Of a DNA stretch of 64,000 nucleotides, positions 38,063-47,103 are shown piece after piece. The first letter of the stretch is position 1. Every line of letters starts with the position of its first letter. Source of the stretch: an uncultured Acidobacteriota bacterium (GTDB lineage Bacteria > Acidobacteriota > Thermoanaerobaculia > Gp7-AA8); contig CAWGHO010000003.1 in assembly GCA_963822445.1 (NCBI GenBank), forward strand, positions 1,408,001 to 1,472,000, read 5' to 3'. A model generated the notes under the pieces. That model saw only the letters and a list, made by a program, of their open reading frames with translations, had not been told where the DNA came from and did no database searches. The position numbers and the translations under genes are program-made.

Positions 38063-39975
38063 GCGTCGCGAACTGCCCATCCTGCGGCGCGCCGGTCGAA
38101 TTCGCGATCGGCTCCTCCGTCGTCGTCATCTGCTCGTACTGCCGTTCCGTCGTGGCGCGCACCGATCGCGGTGTCGAGTCACACGGCACGGTCGCGGCGG
38201 TGATCGATACCGGCACACCGCTGCGGACCGGCTTGAGCGGCAAGTACCGCGGCAACGGCTTTCGCATCACCGGGCGATCGCAGCTCCGCCATCAGGCCGG
38301 CGGCGTGTGGAACGAGTGGTATGCCGCGTTCGACGACGGACGCTGGGGATGGGTGGCGGAGGCGCAGGGGCGGTACTACGTCACCTTCAAGGTCGGCGAC
38401 GAAGCCCCATCCCACGAATCGATCGACCTCGGCCGCGTCGTCGACGGCCTGACCGTCGCCGAGATCGGCCGCGCCGAACTGATCTCGGCGGAAGGCGAGC
38501 TGCCGTGGCGGCCCGAGCCTGGCTATGCGTACGCATACGCTGACCTCACCGGCACCGATCAGCGATTCGCCACCATTGATTACAGCGAAGACCCGCCGGT
38601 CGTTTTCAAAGGCCACGAAGTCGCTCTGCGCGATCTCGGGCTGGAAGCGCTCGAGTTCAGCACCGGTCGCGTCACGGCCACGGCGCTGCGATGCACGCAG
38701 TGCGGCGGACCGCTGGATCTCACCGCGCCGGATCAGGCCGAGCGGATCTGGTGTCCGAACTGCCGGGCGGGCCACGACGTGACCGCCGGGAAGCTGCAAT
38801 ACCTCTCGACGCTGAAGAAGAAAAAAGTCGCGCCGGTCATCCCGCTCGGATCAAAGGGGACCATCGACGGCGATGAATACGTCGTCGCCGGATTCATGGA
38901 GCGCGCGGTCCGTTTCGATCGCGACTATTTCTGGACCGAATACCTTCTGTACAACCGCGAGCGCGGCTATCGATGGCTGGTCAGCAGCGACAATCACTGG
39001 AGCTTCGTCACGCCCTTGCGCGCGGGGGAAGTCGGCGACTCGTACGGAGGTGGCGGCGTCGGGAAAGCAGTGCACTACGACGGCCGCCGCTATCGCCTCT
39101 TCCAGGACGCTACCGCGCGCGTCACGTACGTCCTCGGCGAGTTTTTCTGGAAGGTCGAGGTGGGGGAGACGGTCGACACGGCCGATTACATCGCCCCGCC
39201 GTTCGGCATCTCCAAGGAAGTGACGAAGACCGGCGCGCGAGAGGTGAACTACTCGCACGCGCGCTACATGACCACGAAGGAAGTGGAGGCGGTGTTTCCC
39301 GTCAACCTTCCCCGGCCGATCGGCATCGGACCGATGCAGCCCTTCCCCGGCCCGAGCCTGGGCAAGCCGTTCGCCCTTCTGTTGCTGTTGCTCTTCGTCA
39401 CGGCGATCGTCATGGGCGTGGCGCGCCCACGGAAGACGCTGCTCCAGCGCACCTTCGACATCGCCGCATTGCCCGCTACGTCGGAACCGGGGCGGCTGTT
39501 CTTCACCGATCCGATCGAAGTCTCGGGTAAGTCGAACGTCGTCATCGAGGGACGTGCGAACGTCGACAACGACTGGCTGTTCGTCGAAGGGGATTTCGTG
39601 AACACGGCGACGAACAAGCTCTCCGAGTTCTCGATGCCGATCGAGTACTACCACGGCGTCGACGGCGGGGAGCGCTGGAGCGAGGGGAAGAGGACGAGAC
39701 GCGTTTTTCTCTCGCGTCCGGAGAAGGGCTCGTACGTGGTGCGGCTCGCCGCGAACTGGCAGGATGGAAGAACGCCGCCGAAGTTCACCCTGCGCGTGCA
39801 CGAGGGCGGCTTCCGCTGGCCGCATTTCCTTCTCGCGTTCCTGCTGCTGACCGGACCGGCTTTCATGGCGCTCCTGCGGAAGGCGAGCTTCGAGTCGACG
39901 CGCTGGAAAGAGAGCGCGCACAGCCCGTTCGGCGAGATCTCGGGACTGGTGGAAGAGGATGACGATGAGGAGTGA
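38059..39975 (+). CDS. DUF4178 domain protein with zinc ribbons and TM helices
   Basis: CPSC/CSYC and CTQC/CPNC pairs; two 'WxE(W/Y)' DUF4178-like domains; GTGA coupling to speD. Confidence 0.8.
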   Translation: MSVANCPSCGAPVEFAIGSSVVVICSYCRSVVARTDRGVESHGTVAAVIDTGTPLRTGLSGKYRGNGFRITGRSQLRHQAGGVWNEWYAAFDDGRWGWVAEAQGRYYVTFKVGDEAPSHESIDLGRVVDGLTVAEIGRAELISAEGELPWRPEPGYAYAYADLTGTDQRFATIDYSEDPPVVFKGHEVALRDLGLEALEFSTGRVTATALRCTQCGGPLDLTAPDQAERIWCPNCRAGHDVTAGKLQYLSTLKKKKVAPVIPLGSKGTIDGDEYVVAGFMERAVRFDRDYFWTEYLLYNRERGYRWLVSSDNHWSFVTPLRAGEVGDSYGGGGVGKAVHYDGRRYRLFQDATARVTYVLGEFFWKVEVGETVDTADYIAPPFGISKEVTKTGAREVNYSHARYMTTKEVEAVFPVNLPRPIGIGPMQPFPGPSLGKPFALLLLLLFVTAIVMGVARPRKTLLQRTFDIAALPATSEPGRLFFTDPIEVSGKSNVVIEGRANVDNDWLFVEGDFVNTATNKLSEFSMPIEYYHGVDGGERWSEGKRTRRVFLSRPEKGSYVVRLAANWQDGRTPPKFTLRVHEGGFRWPHFLLAFLLLTGPAFMALLRKASFESTRWKESAHSPFGEISGLVEEDDDEE

Positions 39976-39978
39976 CCG

Positions 39979-40155
39979 ATGCTGAAAGCGCTTTACGTGT
40001 TGTTCGGGCTGGTGGTGATCGCCGGCTACGGCTACGCCTCGTGGAACGGCCTGGAGCTTCGCAGAACGAAACAGCAACTGTCGCCTCAGGGCGTCCGCGC
40101 GACGCACGGCGGCGGCGGGGTCTACTACCGCGGCGGCTATCGAGGAGGGAAGTGA
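39979..40155 (+). CDS. 58-aa membrane-anchored microprotein with Gly/Tyr/Arg-rich tail ending GGYRGGK
   Basis: SD GAGGAG; N-terminal TM; TGATG coupling to the DUF350 gene. Confidence 0.75.
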   Translation: MLKALYVLFGLVVIAGYGYASWNGLELRRTKQQLSPQGVRATHGGGGVYYRGGYRGGK

Positions 40156-40364
40156 TGCAGATGCAGAACGTCTTTATCAACACGGTGGTCTACACGCTCT
40201 TCGGCGTGATCGTCTTCGCCCTCGCTTTCTGGGCCATGGTGAAGATCTCCCCGTTCCCGATCCGGAAGGAGCTCGAGGCCGACCACAACGTCGCCGTAGC
40301 GATCCTGATGGCGGCGGTGATCCTCGGGCTGGCGATCATCATTGCCGCGGCATTACACGGATGA
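40155..40364 (+). CDS. DUF350 domain membrane protein
   Basis: 'PIRKELEADHNVAVAILMAAVILGLAIIIAAA'. Confidence 0.85.
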   Translation: MQMQNVFINTVVYTLFGVIVFALAFWAMVKISPFPIRKELEADHNVAVAILMAAVILGLAIIIAAALHG

Positions 40365-40369
40365 TGAAT

Positions 40370-40454
40370 CAGCGGGCAGTGGGCAGCGGGCAGTGGGCAG
40401 TGAGTTGCTTCACGCCGGGTTCCACTGCCCACTGTCCACTGCCCGCTGCCCGCT
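40370..40454. repeat. Inverted heptamer array, (CAGYGGG)n ... (CRCTGCC)n
   Basis: Arms 40370-40402 and 40423-40454, ending 2 nt before the speE ATG. Confidence 0.9.
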
Positions 40455-40456
40455 AA

Positions 40457-41953
40457 ATGCGTACCCCCATCCTCTTCCTGAACGTCCTGATCATCGCGGC
40501 GTGCGGGCTCATTTACGAGCTGCTCGCGGGGACGGTGGCCAGTTACGTTCTGGGGGATTCGGTCACGCAGTTTTCGCTGATCATCGGGCTGTATCTCTCC
40601 GCGCTTGGCGTCGGGGCGTGGCTTTCGCGGTTCCTCGATCACGATCTGGCGGCGCGGTTCGTCGATGTGGAACTGGCGGTCGCGCTGATCGGCGGGCTTT
40701 CCGCGCCGATGCTCTTTCTCGGATTCTCGCGGCTCGAGTGGTTTCGGCTCTTTCTCTTTGCGGTCGTCTTTGCGATCGGGGTGCTGGTCGGGCTGGAACT
40801 GCCGATCCTCATGCGCATCCTCAAAGAGCATCTCGATTTCAAAGAGCTCGTGTCGCGCGTGTTGAGCTTCGATTACATCGGCTCGCTCTTCGCGGCAGTG
40901 CTCTTTCCGATGTTTCTCATGCCCCGGCTAGGACTGGTGCGCACGTCGATCGTGTTCGGCCTGCTCAACGCGGCGGTCGGTTTGTACGGCACGTGGCTCC
41001 TGCGCCCGTTGCTTCGCGGCGTGACCGTGCTTCGCATTCGCGCGGCGGTGGTCATCGTGGTGCTCGTCGTCGCGCTGGTGCGAGCCGATACGCTGACGAC
41101 GCTTGCCGAGGATGAGCTGTATGCGGATGACATCGTCTATTCGACCAGCTCACCGTATCAGCGCATCCTGGTTACGCGCGCGGCGACCGGCTTTCAGCTC
41201 TTTCTCAACGGCAATCTGCAATTCAGCTCGTCGGATGAGTACCGGTACCACGAAGCGCTCGTGCATCCGGCAATGTCTACCGCTGGTGTACCGCGGCACG
41301 TGCTGATCCTCGGCGGCGGAGACGGTCTCGCCCTGCGCGAAGTGCTGAAGTACGCGTCCGTCGAACGGGTCACGCTCGTCGATCTCGATCCGAAGATGAC
41401 CGCGTTGTCGGAAGCGTTTCCGCCGCTGGGCAGGCTCAATGCCCAGGCCCTACGCGACCGGCGGGTGAAGGTGGTGAACGAAGACGCGATGATCTGGCTG
41501 GAGCGCGTCCGCGATTCCTTCGACACGGTCATCGTCGACTTTCCTGACCCCAGCTCGTTCTCCCTCGGCAAGCTGTACACGACGCGCTTCTACCGCCTGC
41601 TGCGCTCGCGCATGACTCCCGATGCCGCGATGGCCGTGCAGTCGACTTCGCCGTTGTTCGCGCGCCGCTCGTACTGGTGCATCGTCCGGACGATGGAAGC
41701 GGCGGGGCTGCACGTGAGGCCCTACCAGACCACCGTGCCATCGTTCGGCGTCTGGGGATTCGCGCTGGCCATGCAGCGGCCGTTCGATGCGCCGAAGCAT
41801 GTAGGCGCGCCGGTGCGCTTTCTCGATGACGCGACGCTCTCGGCGATGTTCGTTTTTCCGCGCGACATGACCGCGGTCCCGGTCGAGATCAATCGCCTCG
41901 ACAACCAGATGCTGGTCCGCTACTACGAGGACGAGTGGCGGCCCTGGAGTTAA
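40457..41953 (+). CDS. speE: Polyamine aminopropyltransferase with N-terminal membrane domain
   Basis: 'CGLIYEL', 'SPYQRI', '[12 protein letters not shown]', 'LILGGGDG', 'VDFPDP'. Confidence 0.9.
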   Translation: MRTPILFLNVLIIAACGLIYELLAGTVASYVLGDSVTQFSLIIGLYLSALGVGAWLSRFLDHDLAARFVDVELAVALIGGLSAPMLFLGFSRLEWFRLFLFAVVFAIGVLVGLELPILMRILKEHLDFKELVSRVLSFDYIGSLFAAVLFPMFLMPRLGLVRTSIVFGLLNAAVGLYGTWLLRPLLRGVTVLRIRAAVVIVVLVVALVRADTLTTLAEDELYADDIVYSTSSPYQRILVTRAATGFQLFLNGNLQFSSSDEYRYHEALVHPAMSTAGVPRHVLILGGGDGLALREVLKYASVERVTLVDLDPKMTALSEAFPPLGRLNAQALRDRRVKVVNEDAMIWLERVRDSFDTVIVDFPDPSSFSLGKLYTTRFYRLLRSRMTPDAAMAVQSTSPLFARRSYWCIVRTMEAAGLHVRPYQTTVPSFGVWGFALAMQRPFDAPKHVGAPVRFLDDATLSAMFVFPRDMTAVPVEINRLDNQMLVRYYEDEWRPWS

Positions 41954-43416
41954 CCCGCCGCGATCTGCTCGCGGCCTACCTCGGCGCTCCGTTCGCCGCG
42001 ATCGCCTGTCGCGAGCGCGCCGCGGCGCTTCCGCCGGGTGAGCTGGTCGGCGCATCGCACGAGCTCGGACATCGCCTGCGCGCCGGATCGCCTCCTCGGC
42101 CGGAGCGGTGGGAATCGCATGACGTCGTGATCATCGGCGCGGGCGTGGCCGGACTGGCCGCGGCGTGGCGACTCGGAGGCAAGACGCTCGTTCTCGAGCT
42201 CGAACCGGCCATCGGCGGTACGTCGCGCAGTGCGGCGTCGTATCCATGGGGCGCGCACTACGTGGTCGCGCCGTCGCCGGAGAATCGCGTGCTCACGAAG
42301 CTGCTCGAGGAAATGGGCGTGATGCGCGCCGGAGTGATCGGCGAGGAGTTCCTCTGTCGCGATCCGCAGGAGCGCCTTTTCTATCGCGGGCGCTGGTACG
42401 AGGGCTTGTATCTGCGCGCCGGCGCGTCGGCGGAAGACATGCGCCAGCTGCACGCGTTCGAGGCGGAGGTCGCGGCGTGGTCGAAGCGGCGCACGTTCGC
42501 GATTCCTGTCGCGTTCAGCACTGCCGACGCCGATGCGCTCGATGCGATCTCCATGCAGCAATGGCTCGATCAGCGCGGCTTCACCTCGCCGCGGCTGCGC
42601 TGGCTGATCGAATACGCCTGCCGCGACGACTACGGCACGCTCCTCGGCGACACCAGCGCCTGGGCGGCGCTCTTCTACTTCGCGTCTCGCGACGACCGGC
42701 CATTCATCACCTGGCCGGAAGGGAACGGGCGGATCGTGGCGCATCTCGCGAGGTACGCGCAGACGCGAACCGGCGTGCTCGTTCATCGCGTGAATGCGGT
42801 CGATGGCCCTGGCGAAGGCGGTGTCGAGATCCTCACCGACACGATCGGCATCCGCGCGCGGCACGCGATCATTGCCGCGCCGCAATTCATCGCCTCACGT
42901 CTGACCGGCCGTGCGAATGAGCTCACCTACGGCTCGTGGATGGTCGCGAACCTGACGTTGCGCGACCGGCCGAAATCGTCCGGCTTTCCGCTGGCGTGGG
43001 ACAACGTGATGTACGAGAGTCCCGCTCTCGGCTACGTCGTTTCGACGCATCAGCGCGGCGTCGATCATGGGCCGACGGTCATCACTTACTACTACCCGCT
43101 GTGCGATTCCGATCCGCGCGTCGCGCGCCAGCGATTGCTCGATGCCGGTCGCGATGAATGGGCGGAGATCGCGCTCGCCGATCTGTCGCGCGCGCATCCC
43201 GAGATGCGTACGCTGACGACGAGGATCGATGTGATGCGCTGGGGGCACGCGATGATTCGCCCGACCCCCGGTACCGTTCGCAGCGAGGCGCTGAAACGAG
43301 CCGCGGAACCGATGGGCAACATTCACTTCGCGAACACGGACCTCAGCGGCGTTGCGTTGTTCGAAGAAGCGCTGTATCACGGCGTGCGGGCCGCGGAAGA
43401 AGTTTTACTCGCCTGA
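41935..43416 (+). CDS. FAD-dependent amine oxidase family protein with Tat-like signal
   Basis: 'TRRDLL'; '[12 protein letters not shown]'; 'RWGHAMIRP'; 'LFEEA'. Confidence 0.85.
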   Translation: MAALELTRRDLLAAYLGAPFAAIACRERAAALPPGELVGASHELGHRLRAGSPPRPERWESHDVVIIGAGVAGLAAAWRLGGKTLVLELEPAIGGTSRSAASYPWGAHYVVAPSPENRVLTKLLEEMGVMRAGVIGEEFLCRDPQERLFYRGRWYEGLYLRAGASAEDMRQLHAFEAEVAAWSKRRTFAIPVAFSTADADALDAISMQQWLDQRGFTSPRLRWLIEYACRDDYGTLLGDTSAWAALFYFASRDDRPFITWPEGNGRIVAHLARYAQTRTGVLVHRVNAVDGPGEGGVEILTDTIGIRARHAIIAAPQFIASRLTGRANELTYGSWMVANLTLRDRPKSSGFPLAWDNVMYESPALGYVVSTHQRGVDHGPTVITYYYPLCDSDPRVARQRLLDAGRDEWAEIALADLSRAHPEMRTLTTRIDVMRWGHAMIRPTPGTVRSEALKRAAEPMGNIHFANTDLSGVALFEEALYHGVRAAEEVLLA

Positions 43417-43644
43417 CTCGTCGCTCTCGGCGCGTTCTTCCATCTCCTGCATCGTCTCGACGACCTTCTTCTTCTCCGGCTCGAGCAGCGACTGAACGTT
43501 CAGGGCGGCGCTGCTGAGCGAGCCTGACGTTCCATGCTTGTCGCGCAGCATCGCGCCGATGACCAGCGCCAGGAGGCCGGCGATCACGGCGACGATGGCG
43601 AGCAGTGCCAGGATGCCGAGGAGGAGGTTCAGGCCTTCAGCCAC
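43405..43644 (-). CDS. Small single-pass membrane protein
   Basis: N-terminal hydrophobic helix, acidic tail; overlaps the alkD-like stop. Confidence 0.55.
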   Translation of the reverse strand: MAEGLNLLLGILALLAIVAVIAGLLALVIGAMLRDKHGTSGSLSSAALNVQSLLEPEKKKVVETMQEMEERAESDESGE

Positions 43645-44291
43645 GTCTTGCGCTCCGCTTCAGGGAACTTCTCGATTGCATACCGGAGCATCGTTCGCGG
43701 CATCTGCGACGCGTGTTTGGTCAGAAATGCGCGGAGCGCTTTGCCATCGCGATCGCCGACTTCGCGAAGCATCCAGCCGACGGCCTTGTGAATCAGATCC
43801 TCGGGATCGCGCAGAAGGACCTTCGCCAGCCGCAGGGTGTCGTCGAATTCATTGCGGCGGATGAAGTGCTGCGTGGCCACGATGGCGATGCGCCGCTCCC
43901 AGATCGAATCGGATTTCGCGAGTTTGTCGAGAATCGCGCGATCGCCATGCGTGCCGACGATGTCGCGGGCGGAGACATCGACGAGGTCCCAGTTGTTGAT
44001 GCGATCGATCTTGTCGAAGTACAGCTTGTAAACCGCGTCCGGTTCTTTCTTGTAGCGGCGGACGAGGATCATCAACGCGAGCGCACGCTCTTCGTGCCAC
44101 GGCGAATCGAGCATCTTCGCGATCTCCGCAAACGGCATGGCCTGGTACTCGCGCGAGAGCGCACGCAAGACCGGCGCTCGGATGCCGAGAAACTTGTCGT
44201 TGCCGACGTCCTTGAAATAGCGCTGCACGCCGGCGGCGTCGTCGGCGTTCGCGAGCTCGCGGAGGCGTCTGGCTACTGTCCTTCGATCCAC
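43629..44291 (-). CDS. DNA alkylation repair protein (AlkD family)
   Basis: 'NNWDLVD', 'WERRIAIV', 'DLIHKAVGWMLRE', 'MPRTMLRYAIE'. Confidence 0.9.
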   Translation of the reverse strand: MDRRTVARRLRELANADDAAGVQRYFKDVGNDKFLGIRAPVLRALSREYQAMPFAEIAKMLDSPWHEERALALMILVRRYKKEPDAVYKLYFDKIDRINNWDLVDVSARDIVGTHGDRAILDKLAKSDSIWERRIAIVATQHFIRRNEFDDTLRLAKVLLRDPEDLIHKAVGWMLREVGDRDGKALRAFLTKHASQMPRTMLRYAIEKFPEAERKTWLKA

Positions 44292-44329
44292 AGGAGTTCG
44301 GCGCGGCAACGGCCCCGTCGAGAAAGTCG

Positions 44330-44605
44330 TCAGCCCGCGTGTGTAACTGCTGCGTTGGGCGCGGGTGCGCCTGCAAGCAGTCCTTGTGAGGAGAGATGCT
44401 CGTCCAGGTCGGGCCAATGGATTACGTACCCAGCGCCCATGATGCGCAAATTGTTTCTCTGCGATTCTGACGCATGCAGCAGCCGGGGATACCACGCGAG
44501 TGGAACAGTGATCGTGCGACCATCGAGCAGGTCGGCGGTCAGCGAGTCGTCAGTAACTCGCACAGCGGTGATGCGCTCGCCGGCTTTAGGTTCCGAAGTA
44601 CTCAT
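44330..44605 (-). CDS. DUF2442 domain protein
   Basis: 'DGRTITVPLAWYPRLLHAS..IHWPDLDEHLS'. Confidence 0.88.
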   Translation of the reverse strand: MSTSEPKAGERITAVRVTDDSLTADLLDGRTITVPLAWYPRLLHASESQRNNLRIMGAGYVIHWPDLDEHLSSQGLLAGAPAPNAAVTHAG

Positions 44606-44747
44606 GCCACGTTCTCAAGCAGCGTTCTTCATGTTCTGTGATCAAGCGTTCGATCTTGCGGAGTTCATGCCGCGAGAAACCAAGATTGTAGGCGACGCGA
44701 CCGCTCCTTCTTTCGTCGAACATCTTCGCGATCTCGGCGAACGGCAT
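44586..44747 (-). pseudogene. Truncated DUF4160 (C-terminus only) fused to an alkD-derived fragment
   Basis: MPFAEIAKM (alkD-like) + 'NLGFSRHELRKIERLITEHEERCLRTWHEYFG'. Confidence 0.65.
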
Positions 44748-44754
44748 CGCTCTG

Positions 44755-45840
44755 CTACTGTCCTTCGATCCACAGGATGATCAGCAGCACGGTCAGCGCC
44801 GCGAGAATGGCGAAGGTCACCTTGATCCAGGACCAGGGCGCGGTGCCGGTGCATTTGCCGGTCACGCCGTTGACGAGATAGCGATAGGGCTTGCCGTGAT
44901 AGTCGTACGCGGCGATCCAGACCGGCAGCAGCGCGTTCTTGTACGCGACCGCGGAGAAGACGCTCTCCACCTCGAGGTTGCGGTGCGTGTCGCCGGGCAC
45001 TTCGTTCGCGCAGGCGTCGTGGATCTCGCGCTTCATGCGAACCTTCGCGAGCTCCAGCGCTTCCGGAAGATCGACAGCATTCTCCTCGGCCAGAAAGCCG
45101 GAGAGATACGACGGCTCGTACGGCGTGAGGTCGGCGGTGGGGAAGGGCTCGATCCCTCGGGCCAGGGTGTCGTCGATGCCGCGCGAGGCGGGAACGGGAA
45201 CGTCGTCGAAGAACTTGTCGAGCGCGCCGGATGCGGGCTCCCAGCGCACGCGGCGCTCGCGGCGCGTGGTCATGCGGCCGTTCACACGCACGCGAACATC
45301 GACGTAGTAGTAGTAACCGGCTTCCGCGGTCCACCAGTTCTGCGTCGCGGCGTCGAAGGTCCAGAAGGGGATGTAGACGCCCTGCATCTTGTCGACGCGG
45401 GACGCGCGCTTGAGATCGTTCGGCCGCAGCCAGAGCTTGCCGAGCCATGTTCGAAACGAGTTGAGCGCGGTCTCGCGGGTGATGCGAAACGGCAGCAGCC
45501 CCTCGGGACGAACGACAGGCGCGTGGGGCGGCGCTTCGACGACCGCGCTCGTGCCGCAGAACGCGCAGGCGCTGGCGGCGATGTGCGGATCGAGCGTCGT
45601 GTGCGCGCCGCAGCGCTTGCAGGCGACGACTTTGCGTTCCGCGCCCCAGCCGAGGTCGCGCGGTTCGCGCAGGGCGACGTCGACGGGACGCTCCTGCAGT
45701 TTCCCGGTGGCCGGCGCGATGGATTTCTCGAAGCCGCAATACGGGCACTTCAGCGCCGTGACGCCGGGATCCCAGCGGAGGTCGGCGCCGCAACCTTCGC
45801 ATGGGAACTTGCGCGCTTTGGCGGTTACTTGACTGGACAT
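44755..45840 (-). CDS. Zinc-ribbon membrane protein (B. subtilis YdjG-like)
   Basis: Four CxxC pairs; 'PEGLLPF', 'GVYIPFW', 'LLPVW...VNGVTG', C-terminal TM. Confidence 0.8.
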   Translation of the reverse strand: MSSQVTAKARKFPCEGCGADLRWDPGVTALKCPYCGFEKSIAPATGKLQERPVDVALREPRDLGWGAERKVVACKRCGAHTTLDPHIAASACAFCGTSAVVEAPPHAPVVRPEGLLPFRITRETALNSFRTWLGKLWLRPNDLKRASRVDKMQGVYIPFWTFDAATQNWWTAEAGYYYYVDVRVRVNGRMTTRRERRVRWEPASGALDKFFDDVPVPASRGIDDTLARGIEPFPTADLTPYEPSYLSGFLAEENAVDLPEALELAKVRMKREIHDACANEVPGDTHRNLEVESVFSAVAYKNALLPVWIAAYDYHGKPYRYLVNGVTGKCTGTAPWSWIKVTFAILAALTVLLIILWIEGQ

Positions 45841-45845
45841 GTTTC

Positions 45846-45914
45846 GGAGTGCGGCGGCAGAGCCGCCGCTTTGCTAAGCGACGTACCAAAGCGGCGGCTT
45901 TGCCGCCGCACTCC
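45846..45914. repeat. REP-like inverted doublet
   Basis: GGAGTGCGGCGGCAGAGCCGCCGCTTTG ... CAAAGCGGCGGCTTTGCCGCCGCACTCC. Confidence 0.85.
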
Positions 45915-47029
45915 TAGACCTTCGGTGGCGGGGGCGGCGGCATCGAGGACCCGCCACCACCCAACCCGAGCTCCGAGTACGTGTCCAGCGGCGCCCAACC
46001 GGCGGCGCCCGGACGCCAGGCCTGCGTCGACGACGCGACCTGTCCGCCCTGGATCATGTTCTTCAGCGCGTCGTCGGTGTACGGACCGTACGTCTTGCCG
46101 TCAATGGCCAGTGACCAGCGAGGGACGTTTGCGGCCGGGCCGGGGGGTGGAGGAGGAGCCGATGCGGAACCAGCGCCCATCGACTGCGACATCATCTGCC
46201 CCATGGCCATGCCCGCGCCGATTCCGGCGCCGGCTCCGGCCATGCCGCCGGGATTCGCGGCGGCGACTTTGATCGACTCCGCGGTCTGCATCTGCGCGTA
46301 CTGGTTCATCTTGTCGCCGAGCACGCCGAGCTTGGTCCGCTGATCGATCGCCGCCTCGACTTCCTCGGGCAGCGAGATGTTGTCGATGTTGAAGCGCGCC
46401 AGCTCGAGGCCGTAGCTCGCGAACGACGGAGCGAGCTCCTTCTGCGCGAGCGTCGCCAGCTCGCGGTAACCCGAGGCGAGATCGAGCGCGGCGATCTTCG
46501 ACTCGGCCACGATGTCCGAGAAGTGGCTGATGATCGTCGAGCGCAGCTGGCCGAGGATGTCCTCGGTGGTGGTGAGGCCCTGCGTGCCGACGACCGTCTT
46601 GAAGAACTCCTTCGGATCGGCGATGCGCATCGCGTACGTGCCGAAGGCGCGCATGCGGATCATGCCGAACTCCGCGTCGCGCATCATCACGGGGTTCGAC
46701 GTGCCCCACTTCAGGTCCGTGAACAACCGCGTGTTGAAGAAGTAAACCTCGGCCTTGAACGGCGAGTCGAAGCCGTACTTCCAGCTTCGCAGCGTCGTCA
46801 TGATGGGCATGTTCTGCGTCGACAGCTCGTAGCGGCCGGGCTTGAAGAGGTCCGCCACTTCGCCTTCGTTGACGAAGAGCGCGACCTGGTTCTCGCGGAC
46901 GGTGAGCTGCGCGCCCATCTTGATTTCCTGCTCGTGGACGGGGAAGCGGTAGACCAGAGTGTTTCCGCTCTCGTCGAGCCACTCGATGATCTGGATGAAT
47001 TCGTTTCTCAGCGCGTCGAACAAACCCAT
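45914..47029 (-). CDS. SPFH/band-7 protein (YdjI-like) with C-terminal GYF_2 domain
   Basis: 'GAQLTVRENQVALFV', 'SPFKAEVYF', 'KWGT'; 'GKTYGPY...AWRPGAAGW'. Confidence 0.88.
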   Translation of the reverse strand: MGLFDALRNEFIQIIEWLDESGNTLVYRFPVHEQEIKMGAQLTVRENQVALFVNEGEVADLFKPGRYELSTQNMPIMTTLRSWKYGFDSPFKAEVYFFNTRLFTDLKWGTSNPVMMRDAEFGMIRMRAFGTYAMRIADPKEFFKTVVGTQGLTTTEDILGQLRSTIISHFSDIVAESKIAALDLASGYRELATLAQKELAPSFASYGLELARFNIDNISLPEEVEAAIDQRTKLGVLGDKMNQYAQMQTAESIKVAAANPGGMAGAGAGIGAGMAMGQMMSQSMGAGSASAPPPPPGPAANVPRWSLAIDGKTYGPYTDDALKNMIQGGQVASSTQAWRPGAAGWAPLDTYSELGLGGGGSSMPPPPPPKV

Positions 47030-47103
47030 GGCCTGTGTCCCTCCGGTGAACGGTGAATATAACGTGGAATTCAGCGGTATGTTTCGGGTTGGGGAGCGTT
47101 CGC

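Larger units (their letters stand above)
44272..44777. mobile_element. Small insertion flanked by 24-bp direct repeats, carrying DUF2442 and a DUF4160 remnant
   Basis: GCTACTGTCCTTCGATCCACAGGA at 44272-44295 and 44754-44777. Confidence 0.7.
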
